From positions 256,001 to 320,000 of the forward strand of contig JBPOFY010000003.1 of assembly GCA_051252375.1 (NCBI GenBank): DNA of 64,000 bases, in the 5' to 3' direction. Below, piece after piece: positions 20,101-29,162 of this stretch. The DNA comes from Opitutaceae bacterium (GTDB lineage Bacteria > Verrucomicrobiota > Verrucomicrobiia > Opitutales > Coraliomargaritaceae). The notes below the pieces were generated by a model. It was not told the DNA's origin. It was given only the letters and a program-made list of their open reading frames with translations, and ran no database searches. Made by a program: the position numbers and the translations under genes. How positions within the stretch are numbered: the stretch's first letter is position 1; the number at the start of each line of letters is the position of its first letter.

Positions 20101-22049
20101 TGCGCTGTGCCTGTATTGCTCCAACTGCTTCCAGCGTTGTTGGTGCCGCGTATCGAAAATGTTTGGATTCCCGAAGTGGCAGTAAATGTGCCCACGATCG
20201 AGTCTCCTGAGGCATCTGCGGCAGGAGTATTATTTAGGTCTGAGAGACCTGCTGTGCCCGCAATAAGGCTGTCGGCATGGCTTTGTGAGCCATCACTGAA
20301 ACCAACTTTGAAATCGGAATTTCGACTGCCTCGGGCATCATTGGTAAAAACCTGAATCTGATAGTCTGTGCCTGGCGTCAGTCCAGAAATAGTAAAGGTG
20401 TTGAGTGACCAATGTCCGCTCTGAAGGACGTTAAAAATGTCTCCGTTGTTACTAAATCCGCCATCGCCGAAAGCATTGTTACTCTCACTTGCTGTGGTCG
20501 CTTGAATGGTGACGCCACTGCTGACATCTGTGTAACCGGCTGTGAGCTCTGTCGAATCCACATTTTCGAAGGCGACATTATTGAGGGTGATGGACCCCGC
20601 AGTGCTAGCCACGTTCGTGGCATTGTAGGCGAGGACCAAGCTCTCGGACCAATTATTTACGAAAGCCTCCGTCGTCGAACCTGGATACATATCAACTGCA
20701 GGCTCCCATTCGATGAATGGATCTTGGAGGCGACGAACTTGGATGGCATTCAACTGTGCGCGTCCCCAGTTGTTGCTACCATTGAGTGTTCCAGCAACGC
20801 TGAAAGATTTAGTCTCAGCGGTCGCGGTGAAAGTGCCGACCACAAATTGGCCAGAGTTGGGGTAGGTGGCATCATTGGTATCTAAGATCACATTGGTTGC
20901 GCCATCGAGGACTGTGACGAATGTTGGATCCCGACCTGCGTCTTGTGCCCAGTATTGGATTAGATATTCTTCACCAATTGTTAGCCCGCTCAATATAACC
21001 GTATCGGTGCTGAATTCCAGGGTTTCACCATCGATGGAATCGCCACCTTGCCAGAACCCATCATCTACAATACCACCATAGTCGGAGCTACCTCCACCGA
21101 AGTTAGCGGCATTGCGAAATTTACTGCTGAAGCCGACCTGATCGTCAGCATCCAGAGCACCATAGGAGAGGAATGAGACCTCAGCGCCATTTTTACCGGT
21201 CACAGTGACGGATGAGCTTCCGTCACCACTGGTACTGGCATCAATCGCGAATACTAAAATGCCGTCTGTCTCGACATCCGCAGCTGCTGTGGTAATCGTC
21301 TGTGGCGTGCCCCAGTTGATAGTGTCAATTTCATCAATTTGACGTAGTTGAATGGCATTTAGCTGCGCGCGATCATAGTCGGTGCTCCCATTATATGCTC
21401 CGGATACGCTGAAAGTTTGAGTGGTGGCGTCTGCGGTAAATGTACCCACCACAAATTGCCCAAAGTCGGTGGCGTAGCCAGCGTCGGTATCCAATATCAG
21501 ATTGGTTGCGCCATCGATGACTGTTGTGAAGAATGAATTCCGGTCTGCATCTTGTGCCCAGTATTGTATCAGGTATGTTTCACCAATTGTTAGCCCGCTC
21601 AATACCACTGTATCGGTGGCGAATGCCGGCGTATTATAATTGACCGCATTAGAATCGTGGAAAAAACCGTCATCTACGATATCACCATAGTCGGAGTTAC
21701 CACTGTCGAAGTCCGCGCTATCGCGAAATTTACTACTGAAACCGGTAATTGATTCCGCATTCACTGCATCGTAGGCGAGGAATTCGACCTCAGTGCCATT
21801 TTTACCTGCCACCGTGGTGGATGAGGTGCCATCGCCGCTGCTGCTAGCATCAATCGCGTAGATTAGGATACCGTTTGTCTCTACATCGTTTTCCGCAGTG
21901 GAAATCGTCTGAGGCGTGCCCCAGGTTATGGGCGCTGCGTCTAGGCTTAATGACGCGACGAACGGTGTGATTGCAGTGAGGAATAGTCGCGCATATCGGG
22001 CGATATTCTGAGCTGATAGGGGGTGGTTTTGGTGAGGCATGCTAAGCAT
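17193..22049 (-). CDS. Large secreted multimodular glycoside hydrolase: 3x ~200-aa domain, GH30-like (clan A) catalytic domain, CBM6-like, 3x FN3, C-terminal domain
   Basis: YMDLTNEWN and AWNTELHGW (clan A acid/base and nucleophile-like); RIEAESY...MFNLNWF (CBM6-like); APTGL.AT...IDLAW...YYVVRA (FN3). Confidence 0.8.
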   Translation of the reverse strand: MLSMPHQNHPLSAQNIARYARLFLTAITPFVASLSLDAAPITWGTPQTISTAENDVETNGILIYAIDASSSGDGTSSTTVAGKNGTEVEFLAYDAVNAESITGFSSKFRDSADFDSGNSDYGDIVDDGFFHDSNAVNYNTPAFATDTVVLSGLTIGETYLIQYWAQDADRNSFFTTVIDGATNLILDTDAGYATDFGQFVVGTFTADATTQTFSVSGAYNGSTDYDRAQLNAIQLRQIDEIDTINWGTPQTITTAAADVETDGILVFAIDASTSGDGSSSVTVTGKNGAEVSFLSYGALDADDQVGFSSKFRNAANFGGGSSDYGGIVDDGFWQGGDSIDGETLEFSTDTVILSGLTIGEEYLIQYWAQDAGRDPTFVTVLDGATNVILDTNDATYPNSGQFVVGTFTATAETKSFSVAGTLNGSNNWGRAQLNAIQVRRLQDPFIEWEPAVDMYPGSTTEAFVNNWSESLVLAYNATNVASTAGSITLNNVAFENVDSTELTAGYTDVSSGVTIQATTASESNNAFGDGGFSNNGDIFNVLQSGHWSLNTFTISGLTPGTDYQIQVFTNDARGSRNSDFKVGFSDGSQSHADSLIAGTAGLSDLNNTPAADASGDSIVGTFTATSGIQTFSIRGTNNAGSSWSNTGTAQVNALQIAVVEEPGDPLILTVGNTPQQQMRYGIDYERLWFWTGAASLRDRFAEWSVADCDVDYVRVAINAKYELTEGVLQEDAYWDLDDNEGGGTSNDRIIPMMQDMQAANPDIKFFASPRPLDEATNNVAWQPYPQWITGSTGSSSNFNFDEVKCSEYLLRYLILMKHHGFKISYMDLTNEWNYITGTDFKDITALFDAYVAETGTKPVIHPDYPTVTLVADDIPELVGPSAWSYTQGRSWLSGLYTGLRRDAVDIASCHNTDKGGTAQDFVDRLESVYSGEVVPEAWNTELHGWKSTSNADEVLTYAYMMECINAGFSGISGWLAVGTPNQGHSYIVNSARSVKYYMFEKLTNTSNRGYALEVNEPDELKVYWDPDPDQADADSAVSALIRGNLMTVWVLNHSNTDYPITINPTGRTISDYPIKVTRWSQIDGVSDEGETSTITAATNTSVVSLAQDNSAYCFEILLEPEVGTYTRIEAESYNSSSPASHSTETTTDIGVGLNLSNINDGNWTSYDDIDLSNATNIRFRIAAPSGKPDGEIEIRTGSQTGPVIGRTAIPVTGDWQGWLTIETPLAATAGTHDLYLVYTAAGSNQNGTGAMFNLNWFELILPAAGTPSAPTGLNATANGTTQIDLAWNAVSGATSYRVLRSTSSGGTYTEIASGLATTSTSDATASVGVPYFYVVRALNGAVESADSNIATATLPLVAPTGLTATANGSTQIDLAWNAVSGATSYRVLRSTSSGGTYTEVASGLATTSTSDAPPSVGVTYYYVVRAVNGAVESVNSNVANAALPLDTPIGLTATTISSSQIDLSWSSVTGATSYTVRRATVSGGPYSNVATGLGSPSYPDTTGLSPGTRYYYVVFASTSAVNSSDSSQVSAVPSNPVVIANIVIDSLNVDLGNDTFGFSIQNSELGHNYQAQETDHLSPPDWGDVGNVIPGNGGELQFIIDTTPSDTENFFRVRVWQQ

Positions 22050-22232
22050 ATCAAATGCAGGTAATGAGGAAATCGGAAGGGGAGGATTTTCAGATCCAAC
22101 TCCTCAAGGTAGAGAGCTGGGTGTTGATCCGTTTAACTGGTCAGATCGGATAGAAGTATCGTAATTCAATTGCGAGAAAATGCAAATGGGGTTTTTACAC
22201 TATTTATTACGCGAAATGGAATACTTTCGGTA

Positions 22233-22246
22233 GTCAACCGCTTGAA
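22233..22246. promoter_or_regulatory. Palindromic operator, copy 4 (GTCAACCGCTTGAA)
   Basis: About 185 bp upstream of the minus-strand GH30-like gene. Confidence 0.75.
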
Positions 22247-22320
22247 TTTTTGAGGATTTTTTCTGCGTAAGACAGCCTAACGGATCTGTGATATTAGTTC
22301 AAAGCCTGAGAGGGTGGGTT

Positions 22321-22502
22321 GTTAAGGATAACGATCCCTACCGGGTAGGGCGCGATATCCCTATCGCGCCGCAGCGTTGTTGGTTTTGTTTTAGGTGGTA
22401 GGTCGTGCCAGCGTTGGCGGATCGTTAAGGATAACGATCCCTACCGGCTAGGGCGCGATATCCTGCCTGTCGAACGAGTCGAACATATCGCGCCGCAGCG
22501 TT
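22321..22502. repeat. Tandem GTAG-type REP cluster, family B
   Basis: Unit GTTAAGGATAACGATCCCTACCGG(G/C)TAGGGCGCGATATCC...TATCGCGCCGCAGCGTT at 22321 and 22424; the second copy has an insertion in the hairpin loop. Confidence 0.85.
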
Positions 22503-22520
22503 ATTGGATCGTTGGTATCT

Positions 22521-25298
22521 CTATGGCGCGTAGATGACCACGGTGCTACGCGGTTTGACTGGTATCTTACCGAAGGCTTTGAAGCTCTGGCCACTGACGA
22601 GTTCATTCACTTGTTTGCCACTGATTGCATTCGGGATCTGTAGATCAAAAGTGCGGTCGGTGGTGCAATTCATCCCGATCAAGTAGGGACCGTATTGCAA
22701 GGTGTAGAAGTCGCCTTTGCCGGCGAAAGTATTTTCGTCGCCAACTTTATACTCAATGCCACTCGGTGTGCGGGCGACCGGTAACTTTTCACCTTCATGA
22801 GCGGAGTCCCACTTTTCCGGATACCTTTGGCGGCCGCCACCAGCAAAACCGAAGTTCGTCCAGTTCCCGCGTTCATAGGTCATACCGCTATCGCTGAATT
22901 CTGTTTCCTGATGAACGGTAGCAATACGCGCATATTCCGGAGTCATGTGGTGAATGCGCGCGATATTATTGATCGCATATCGTGCGCGCCAGTAGAGCGA
23001 GATGTATATAATCTCGCCATTGTGTTTGAGTGCAATGACACCATCTTCTTCATCGCTGAATACGAAGTCGGGTTGGTCGGGTGACATCGGCAACTTATGT
23101 GGGCTTTGGGGAAGGTTACGGATGGTTTCGTATTCTTCAGGGAGGTGTAGCAGGCCGATGTCTTCTTTCATTCCTCTTTGTGCCAACTGGTGTTCTACGG
23201 ACGCAAAGAATTGTCCATCGTCGATGAGCTGTTGCGCAAAGCCCACGTCATAGGGGTCCTTTGTGGCAGCAGCAGTCTGAAGTGCTGAGCCGTTGGAGGC
23301 AGGTTTTTGCCCATAGACAACGTCGCCTGGATATTTGAAGTCACGCCAGCCAACGACGGATTCCATACGCATCGCAGGGTAGCCATCATCGTCGAGGGTG
23401 GGGTAGCGGAAAAAGCTGCGTGCTCGATTAATCATTGCCAGTTGTTTGAGTAATTTAGGGTCGCCGAGTTCGCCTGGATAGGAACGTGATGCTTGATAGA
23501 TCAGAGCTGCCCAGTCTTGGACCTCACCGTAGTGCCCCACATACCCGAGTTCCTTGGTCAGACCATTGTAAGTGAGCTGATAGTAATTATCGCCTGCTGG
23601 TTTCTCTGCTCTGCCATCTTTGTCGATTGGTCCGAGCCAAGGTGTGATGCCAACTGCTTCATGTAGAATTCCCACGGCGAAAGATTCATCGAGTGCTTTG
23701 GAGGAATCGACAAACCGCAGGCCCTTGTTTGCGAGGTAAACACCATACAGATCCTTAATCATAGTTTGGTTGGTGTATTTGCGACGATTGCCCATGTTCC
23801 AGTCGCGGCTGTAGACGAGCATTTCACTCCAAGCTTCTCGGCGAGTCATGCCGTTGTGGATTTCTTCGTTCCAGTCTCTATTGTCGATGTCTTTGTGGAG
23901 TAACCAAATGGATTCGCCTAAGTGCCCGAGGCCAGTCCATTGGTGGGTTTCTTTGTCGGTGACCGCATCGGGATCTTTGAGATACATTTGGTAATATCGG
24001 TCGCCGCATAGCAGTAAGGATTTAATCGCTGCTTTGTTTTTGTAAGCGTCTGACCATTTGATGTGAAAGCACCTTGCGAGGATACGCATCTCTTCTTGGT
24101 GGACATCCTTCTTTGATAGGATCGATTTTATCCGGTCATTGATGCGTTCCTTGACGCGATCTAGAACTTCTTCGCCTGGGGAACTTCGTTTTTTGACTTC
24201 TGGTGCTTTGCCTTGTTGCTCGCTGGCTAAGGGGACAAAGTAGCTATCTGTGTGAGTGTATGCCGCATAGATGCCACGCGAAGGTTTTTCAGTCGCATGC
24301 TGATATTGGTCAAAATCTCTACCATATGCCCAGATGCCGCCTTGTGCGCGTATCTCCAGTTCTAGCTCGTTCTTACCTTGAGTAAGTTTTTCGGGAATGA
24401 TGATTGTCGTGTAATAGAAACGATCCGGATAGATCTTCGCCACTGCGCCGATGTCCAATACGTCGTAATCACCTAAGTGGTAATAGCCCAGTTGCTTCTC
24501 GTCGATGAAGACCACTAGTCGATCATGGACGATGTCGTTGCCCCAAAATTTTACGGTTAAGTAATTCGGTTTGTCGGCGTCGACCTTCATCTTGAAATAC
24601 AAACTGCCGCCTTTCCAGTATTGCGTGGGTGCTATCTCGCGGGCGGGTTGATCGAGCCCGCCTGTGATGACTTTACTGCCTTTGTCTTTGAAATTATGCT
24701 CACGCTCAGATGATGCATTTCCGAAAGCGATGACATCCAGCATGGCGGTCGGCTCCGGGGCAATGCTTTGCTGCGCTTGCTGAATCGGTGCGGCAGGGGC
24801 AGGGCGGATGCTGGCGAGTAATGCATTGTCGATTTCTTTATTAGCACGAGCGATCAAGTCGGTCGATCCGACGGGCACTAGATGGGGGCTTTCGAGGAAT
24901 TGAATCGTCACTGTGCCTTCGGTGAGCATCTCAATGGGGACCATCTTCCCGACAGGAATGAGCGCTTCGCCGACAGCTTGTCCGTTCATATAAACGGGCA
25001 CGGCCTGTTCCTTGGTAATCGCCACGGAACGGATACTGTTACGCCAATTTTGTAGCGCCCATTTAATTGGGTCCGGACGGGTGGCTGACTCAGGTTCGGG
25101 TCCTGGCTCCGGTTCTACTGGCGCAGGCTTCTCCGGTTTAACTGGTGCGGGCTCTACTGGTTCAGGTGCAGGCTCGGGCGCTACGACTTCCTCAATCGTA
25201 GGTGGAGCTTGATCTTGCTTTGACGTGTAAACCCACGCCGCACCAATAATGGCAGCGCAGACAGCCAATAGTGTGACTATTTTGACTAGGGAATTCAT
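22521..25298 (-). CDS. Membrane-anchored protein: N-terminal TM helix, Pro/Glu linker, shared ~75-aa module, large uncharacterised (probably carbohydrate-active) domain
   Basis: MNSLVKIVTLLAVCAAIIGAAWVY; PEPAPEPVEPAP linker; motifs YTNQTMIKDL and GLTKELGYVGHYGEV that I cannot assign to a family. Confidence 0.7.
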   Translation of the reverse strand: MNSLVKIVTLLAVCAAIIGAAWVYTSKQDQAPPTIEEVVAPEPAPEPVEPAPVKPEKPAPVEPEPGPEPESATRPDPIKWALQNWRNSIRSVAITKEQAVPVYMNGQAVGEALIPVGKMVPIEMLTEGTVTIQFLESPHLVPVGSTDLIARANKEIDNALLASIRPAPAAPIQQAQQSIAPEPTAMLDVIAFGNASSEREHNFKDKGSKVITGGLDQPAREIAPTQYWKGGSLYFKMKVDADKPNYLTVKFWGNDIVHDRLVVFIDEKQLGYYHLGDYDVLDIGAVAKIYPDRFYYTTIIIPEKLTQGKNELELEIRAQGGIWAYGRDFDQYQHATEKPSRGIYAAYTHTDSYFVPLASEQQGKAPEVKKRSSPGEEVLDRVKERINDRIKSILSKKDVHQEEMRILARCFHIKWSDAYKNKAAIKSLLLCGDRYYQMYLKDPDAVTDKETHQWTGLGHLGESIWLLHKDIDNRDWNEEIHNGMTRREAWSEMLVYSRDWNMGNRRKYTNQTMIKDLYGVYLANKGLRFVDSSKALDESFAVGILHEAVGITPWLGPIDKDGRAEKPAGDNYYQLTYNGLTKELGYVGHYGEVQDWAALIYQASRSYPGELGDPKLLKQLAMINRARSFFRYPTLDDDGYPAMRMESVVGWRDFKYPGDVVYGQKPASNGSALQTAAATKDPYDVGFAQQLIDDGQFFASVEHQLAQRGMKEDIGLLHLPEEYETIRNLPQSPHKLPMSPDQPDFVFSDEEDGVIALKHNGEIIYISLYWRARYAINNIARIHHMTPEYARIATVHQETEFSDSGMTYERGNWTNFGFAGGGRQRYPEKWDSAHEGEKLPVARTPSGIEYKVGDENTFAGKGDFYTLQYGPYLIGMNCTTDRTFDLQIPNAISGKQVNELVSGQSFKAFGKIPVKPRSTVVIYAP

Positions 25299-25359
25299 GG
25301 GTTGTTTCTCATCTAAACACAGCAATAGTGACTTGCTACATATTCGTATGAAGCGGGTG

Positions 25360-25544
25360 GAATGGCGCTACCTCAAGAAGAAATTCGGTGGAATCTGGAG
25401 GGTTGTGCTCCGTCGCAACCGCCAATGGTTTGATACATTTAGGCGTTTCTGCGGCAATGACGGAGCATTGCCCTCCTAATGAAATTACACATATCATACT
25501 GGAATTACGTTTAAGGTAGTGCCATTCGAGACGACTGATCGCTA
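25360..25544. repeat. Composite repeat: GAATGGCGCTA...TAGTGCCATTC ends enclosing a GGAG-type REP doublet (25397-25476)
   Basis: GGAGGGTTGTGCTCCGTCGCAACCG ... CGGCAATGACGGAGCATTGCCCTCC; outer ends shared with 11766-11977. Confidence 0.75.
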
Positions 25545-28484
25545 CTTCGGAGAGACGCTCAATTGGAAGAAGCGTTGATCACCTGTTCCTTTTGGTGCGG
25601 TCGCTTTAACTTCTTGGACGGAGCCATTGTTGCTGAGGATTTGTTCGGTCACATTCGTGTCGAACCAACCACCTGCATTGGTTAGATCGTCATTCCATTC
25701 TACTTGGAAGTTGTAATCTACCATCGCGTCGACGTTACGATCATACATCAAATCAATCGTGCTGGTGTTGTCCGTAAAGGTAACAGGAGCGATGTTCGAA
25801 ATGCTCGGATCCGTCGCCAATGCGAACTCCATTAGATTCAAGTTTCCGTCGTTATCGAAGTCCGCATCGTCGGCGTAGTTGCCGGTGCCTTCAGAGGTTC
25901 CGAAATGCTCGAGCCTCCATGACTGCAACTCCGTGTAGGGACCACCCGTTGGGTAGCCGAAGATATCAAACTCGCGAGCAATCACCCAGCTTCCAGCATT
26001 GGCGTTGTTGGTGATGTTAAAGGTCACTGCTTTGACACCCGAAGCGATGGCACCGGTTCCTGAGGATGTGCTGCCATTGTGATTGATTAGATCGCTTTGA
26101 AGCACGCCGCCTTCATCGTCGGCAAAGCTTACTTTGGTCCAGAATTGGGCAGGAGAATTTGGCTCCCAGTGTGTTGGACCGGCCAAGGTGGCGGTGCTAT
26201 CATTCATATAGGTTAGAATGATTTCATAGCCTTGGTTGGAACGACCGTTGGATGCGTTATTCCAGCCAAAAATCGTCTCAATGCCAGTCAGGTCATAGCC
26301 GCTGATATAGACCGATGTGTCGAGGTTTACGGTGATCGTGTTGCCGCTGTCTAGTTGAACCTCACCGCTGTCGTCACGGTCTCCATCAGTGTTGCCAATG
26401 GTGCCGTTAAATAACTGAGCGTGCTCTGAACTTTGATTCCCTCCCGTTGCTGAGCTGCTGAGATATTCGGTTTGTGCGAGGTCGTCGGTGCTGAAAGTTG
26501 GCGGCGTTGCTAAAATGTCGTAAGTTGCGGTGGTGACTTCAAGAGTCGGCGCATCGATTGTCGTGCCGGAAACAATCAAGGAATAGGCCTGTTCGTCATC
26601 AGTCAATGAGCCGACGTAATCGACGGTGACAGTATAGGTGCCGGCTGTAGGAGCAGCGAGGTAGACTTGCTCGACATTGTCGACGTCGTTGACGCCAGTG
26701 GTGGCATCGTCGTCGATTGAGCCAATGGACCAATCGCCGACATGTGGCATGACGTAGGGGTAGTGTGTGCCACCCGGGCCGGTGACGGTGATGTTGAGGT
26801 CGTTGACAAGAGTTTTTGAACGATTTTCATGCCCCGTTTTTTCAGTGCCGGCAGGGTCTGTCCAGCAGATGGTCACTCTGAGAGGAGTGCTCCCGCCTGA
26901 TTCGAATAGATGGCTTTGTGACGTGGTTGTGGTGTCGTTGACTAGATCTTCGAGCATATGAGCGCCACCATTGCCGTCTGCGTGGAGCTTAATCACATCC
27001 GCTGCTGCCTGTGTATTCATCAGCCCCCAACCGTATTTATAATCAGGGCCATCGTTTCCACGGTCGTCAGCAGTGTGAATAATTAATGCCTTTAAAGTGC
27101 TAGCACGCATGGAATCAGTGGGGAAGCGCGACGTGAAGTAATCGAGAAGTAGGGCAGCCGAGCCACAAGCATTGGGCGTTGCCATACTGGTGCCTGATTT
27201 GGTTCCGGTATCTGTATCGCTGCCACTATCGGTAGAGAGTAGAGAAACTCCATTCGCGACTATATCCGGCTTGATTCGCCCATCATCCGTAGGCCCCCGA
27301 GAACTGGAACTGCTGGTTACAGCATTGCTTGCGTCGCGCACGCCTCCGCTCACCGCGTCGCTGGCATTACCCACGGTGATTGCATTCTTGGCGAGCTTCC
27401 GGCCTTCCATGTTGTCCCAATCGCCTTTGTAGTGTCTGTCACCAAGCGGGTGTTTGGTGTTATCATAAGTGTAGTCGACGCCGTATATCCTGACGGTCTG
27501 GCCGTTTGATGGATTGTCACCACGTTGGTTGCCGGAGGATATAAAGGGTAAGTAATAGGGTAAGCTGTAGGTGATGTTATCCCAAGTCACGGAGCTCGAA
27601 GCATAACGCCCGAAATCTTCATCGTAATCAGTACTGGGATCGTCGTCATCCACGAATGTTCCTTGAAAAACCCAGCTGTAACTACCTGAGCTGCTGGATT
27701 CCCAGCCTTGGCCGACTCCGTAGGAGTGATTGGATATATATAGCTTTGTCGTATTTGGTGAATCTGCCCCGTTGGCTAACATTTCAGCATCTGCTTGGCT
27801 GGTCTTGAATGCGGAAATCTCCGCCCCCGGAGCCATACCCTCAACGCTCGAATTAATCCCAGTTGCGATCAGTGTGCCTGCCACGTGAGTCGCATGGCTT
27901 CCTGCACCCGTTGATCCATCAAGGACGGTGACTCGTCCGACCAGTTCTTGGTGCGTGAGGCGCGGGATACCTGTGGCCTCCCAAAGGCCAATTGTGACAC
28001 CCGAACCATCGACATTGTTGTATATGGGGCTGGAGCGCACTTGATCTGCAGCAGTCGAAATGGCGGCATTAACGTTTTCGTCTATCTCATAGACCGGTTG
28101 ATCATTTTCATCGAAATCAATCAAGCGAAAGCCGCGACCATCGGGGCGTGTGCCTTGGGGCTCTAGACCTTTCATGGCAGCGCGTTCGCGGACGATCTCC
28201 ATGTGCGCATCTTCTGCTTCTTTGAGTCGACGCACAATTTCTGCCCGAGTGGTTTCATCCTTCAGGTTGTGGCGTCCTTGTGGGAACGCTTCTTCTTTTT
28301 GCTTACGCGCCTGTGCCAGCTTTTCCTTATTTTGATCCGCCTTTGCTTTTAGTTGAGCAGGGTTATCAGGTTGGTTGTCCGCACTTGTTTGTGCAAATGA
28401 GACGCCAGTCGGTGCCAGTATGGATAGGGTGAGCAAGCCTGTTAGGAGACGAGCTTGCCAGAGTGCTTTGTCGGGAGTTTTCAA
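25542..28484 (-). CDS. Secreted S8 (subtilisin-like) serine peptidase with propeptide and C-terminal accessory domains
   Basis: HATHVAGT, SSGN, GRIKPDIVANG, SGTSMATP; TTG start. Confidence 0.92.
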   Translation of the reverse strand: MKTPDKALWQARLLTGLLTLSILAPTGVSFAQTSADNQPDNPAQLKAKADQNKEKLAQARKQKEEAFPQGRHNLKDETTRAEIVRRLKEAEDAHMEIVRERAAMKGLEPQGTRPDGRGFRLIDFDENDQPVYEIDENVNAAISTAADQVRSSPIYNNVDGSGVTIGLWEATGIPRLTHQELVGRVTVLDGSTGAGSHATHVAGTLIATGINSSVEGMAPGAEISAFKTSQADAEMLANGADSPNTTKLYISNHSYGVGQGWESSSSGSYSWVFQGTFVDDDDPSTDYDEDFGRYASSSVTWDNITYSLPYYLPFISSGNQRGDNPSNGQTVRIYGVDYTYDNTKHPLGDRHYKGDWDNMEGRKLAKNAITVGNASDAVSGGVRDASNAVTSSSSSRGPTDDGRIKPDIVANGVSLLSTDSGSDTDTGTKSGTSMATPNACGSAALLLDYFTSRFPTDSMRASTLKALIIHTADDRGNDGPDYKYGWGLMNTQAAADVIKLHADGNGGAHMLEDLVNDTTTTSQSHLFESGGSTPLRVTICWTDPAGTEKTGHENRSKTLVNDLNITVTGPGGTHYPYVMPHVGDWSIGSIDDDATTGVNDVDNVEQVYLAAPTAGTYTVTVDYVGSLTDDEQAYSLIVSGTTIDAPTLEVTTATYDILATPPTFSTDDLAQTEYLSSSATGGNQSSEHAQLFNGTIGNTDGDRDDSGEVQLDSGNTITVNLDTSVYISGYDLTGIETIFGWNNASNGRSNQGYEIILTYMNDSTATLAGPTHWEPNSPAQFWTKVSFADDEGGVLQSDLINHNGSTSSGTGAIASGVKAVTFNITNNANAGSWVIAREFDIFGYPTGGPYTELQSWRLEHFGTSEGTGNYADDADFDNDGNLNLMEFALATDPSISNIAPVTFTDNTSTIDLMYDRNVDAMVDYNFQVEWNDDLTNAGGWFDTNVTEQILSNNGSVQEVKATAPKGTGDQRFFQLSVSPK

Positions 28485-28514
28485 GGGATGGATGGGTTAG
28501 GGGAGAGTGTGAAG

Positions 28515-29150
28515 CTACGAGGCTCGGACAAGATCTGCAACTGCTTTGCCGAGTTTGGCATGTTCGGTCGCATCTAAGTGTATGCCATCGGTTGGACTGC
28601 TTTGTATGACATCGCCTGCGTTTAGCATGGGGATTTTTTGCTCGTCGCAAATGGCTTGGTAATGTGCGGCTAGCTGATGTGATTTCTCTTCGCCACCGAT
28701 GAAGATGTGTCTGAAATCGAGCTGGCTCATGTCGGCAAAAGGTGGTGGGCAGATGACGAGGATGTTCGGCACGCCGTTAACAAAGCTGTCGGCTTGAGCG
28801 CGTGCTGCTTGAATGAGTCGACGTATGCCCCAACTGACATCCATGGCAGACGCACTAAATCTATTTTTCAGATCATTCGTGCCGAGCATGATGATGAGTT
28901 GGTCGAGCGGTTTGTGTGTCTGCAATATGGGCACGAGGTGTTCGAGCCCGTTGCGTGGTCCCTCAAGTGGATCGTCGAAAACGGTGGTGCGGCCACAGAG
29001 TCCTTCTTCAATCACATGATAGCCTTCGCCTAGCTCGTGTTGCAGGATGCAGGGCCAACGTGTTGCACGGTCGAAACGTGGTCCGCCGGCAGGGTCGGCT
29101 CCCCAGGTGTTGGAGTCGCCGTAACAAAGGATATTTTTTTCAGTATTCAT
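28515..29150 (-). CDS. SGNH/GDSL hydrolase (esterase), no signal peptide
   Basis: GDSNTWG, EEGLCGRT, GTND, DGIH. Confidence 0.93.
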   Translation of the reverse strand: MNTEKNILCYGDSNTWGADPAGGPRFDRATRWPCILQHELGEGYHVIEEGLCGRTTVFDDPLEGPRNGLEHLVPILQTHKPLDQLIIMLGTNDLKNRFSASAMDVSWGIRRLIQAARAQADSFVNGVPNILVICPPPFADMSQLDFRHIFIGGEEKSHQLAAHYQAICDEQKIPMLNAGDVIQSSPTDGIHLDATEHAKLGKAVADLVRAS

Positions 29151-29162
29151 TCGGAATTTTTT

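Noticed and set aside
22321..22502. Possible mini-CRISPR array
   Set aside because: Only two units, made of GTAG REP hairpins found dispersed elsewhere; no cas genes or regular spacers.
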